NCBI RefSeq assembly: GCF_001194135.2
Contig: NC_068999.1
Span: 51,780,758-51,844,757 of the forward strand
Reading direction: 5' to 3'
Origin: Octopus bimaculoides
Taxonomy: Eukaryota
Length of the DNA stretch: 64,000 bases
Shown here one piece after another: positions 63,881 to 64,000 of the stretch. Each line of letters starts with the position of its first letter. Positions within the stretch are counted from its first letter, which is position 1. The notes beneath the pieces were generated by a model. It searched no databases and had not been told where the DNA came from. It was given only the letters and a program-made list of their open reading frames with translations. Position numbers and translations under genes: made by a program.

Positions 63881-64000
63881 AATATGAGGACCAGTAAAAG
63901 AAAGAAAGTGGTAGAAGACAATGGCTGTTGCTCTGATCATGGTAGCGGTGTGGTCATGGTGAGGTTTAGGGAGAAGTAAACATTTAGATTATGGCAACTA

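Overview
AT-rich, repeat-saturated animal genomic DNA with about 4.6 kb of N gaps. The SINE and microsatellite content looks like an octopus (cephalopod) draft scaffold; this is inference from repeat families, not a database match. The only gene I can recognise is the 5' end of CMSS1 on the minus strand: exon 1 at 5378-5303 (MADDLDEEWW...) and exon 2 at 1874-1768, with phase-consistent GT/AG junctions. Both exons are missed by the ORF track, and the rest of the gene should lie left of base 1. Most other sequence is tRNA-derived and RTE-tailed SINEs, fossil transposases (Tc1, mariner, hAT), non-LTR retroelement remnants (R4/Dong, RTE, CR1/L2-like, Penelope-like) and simple repeats. Nearly all long ORFs in the track are microsatellite or N-gap artefacts. 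Top leads are: (1) a 294-bp foldback in CMSS1 intron 2 whose arms each carry a hammerhead-ribozyme-like motif, the more intact copy being on the pre-mRNA strand; (2) a 14x18-bp in-frame minisatellite at the catalytic motif of an R4/Dong endonuclease; (3) an unidentified decayed reading frame cut by a mariner; (4) a DR1 nuclear-receptor half-site array and RFX X-boxes; (5) a second long hairpin and several candidate micro-exons. No CRISPR array, rRNA or intact tRNA gene was found.
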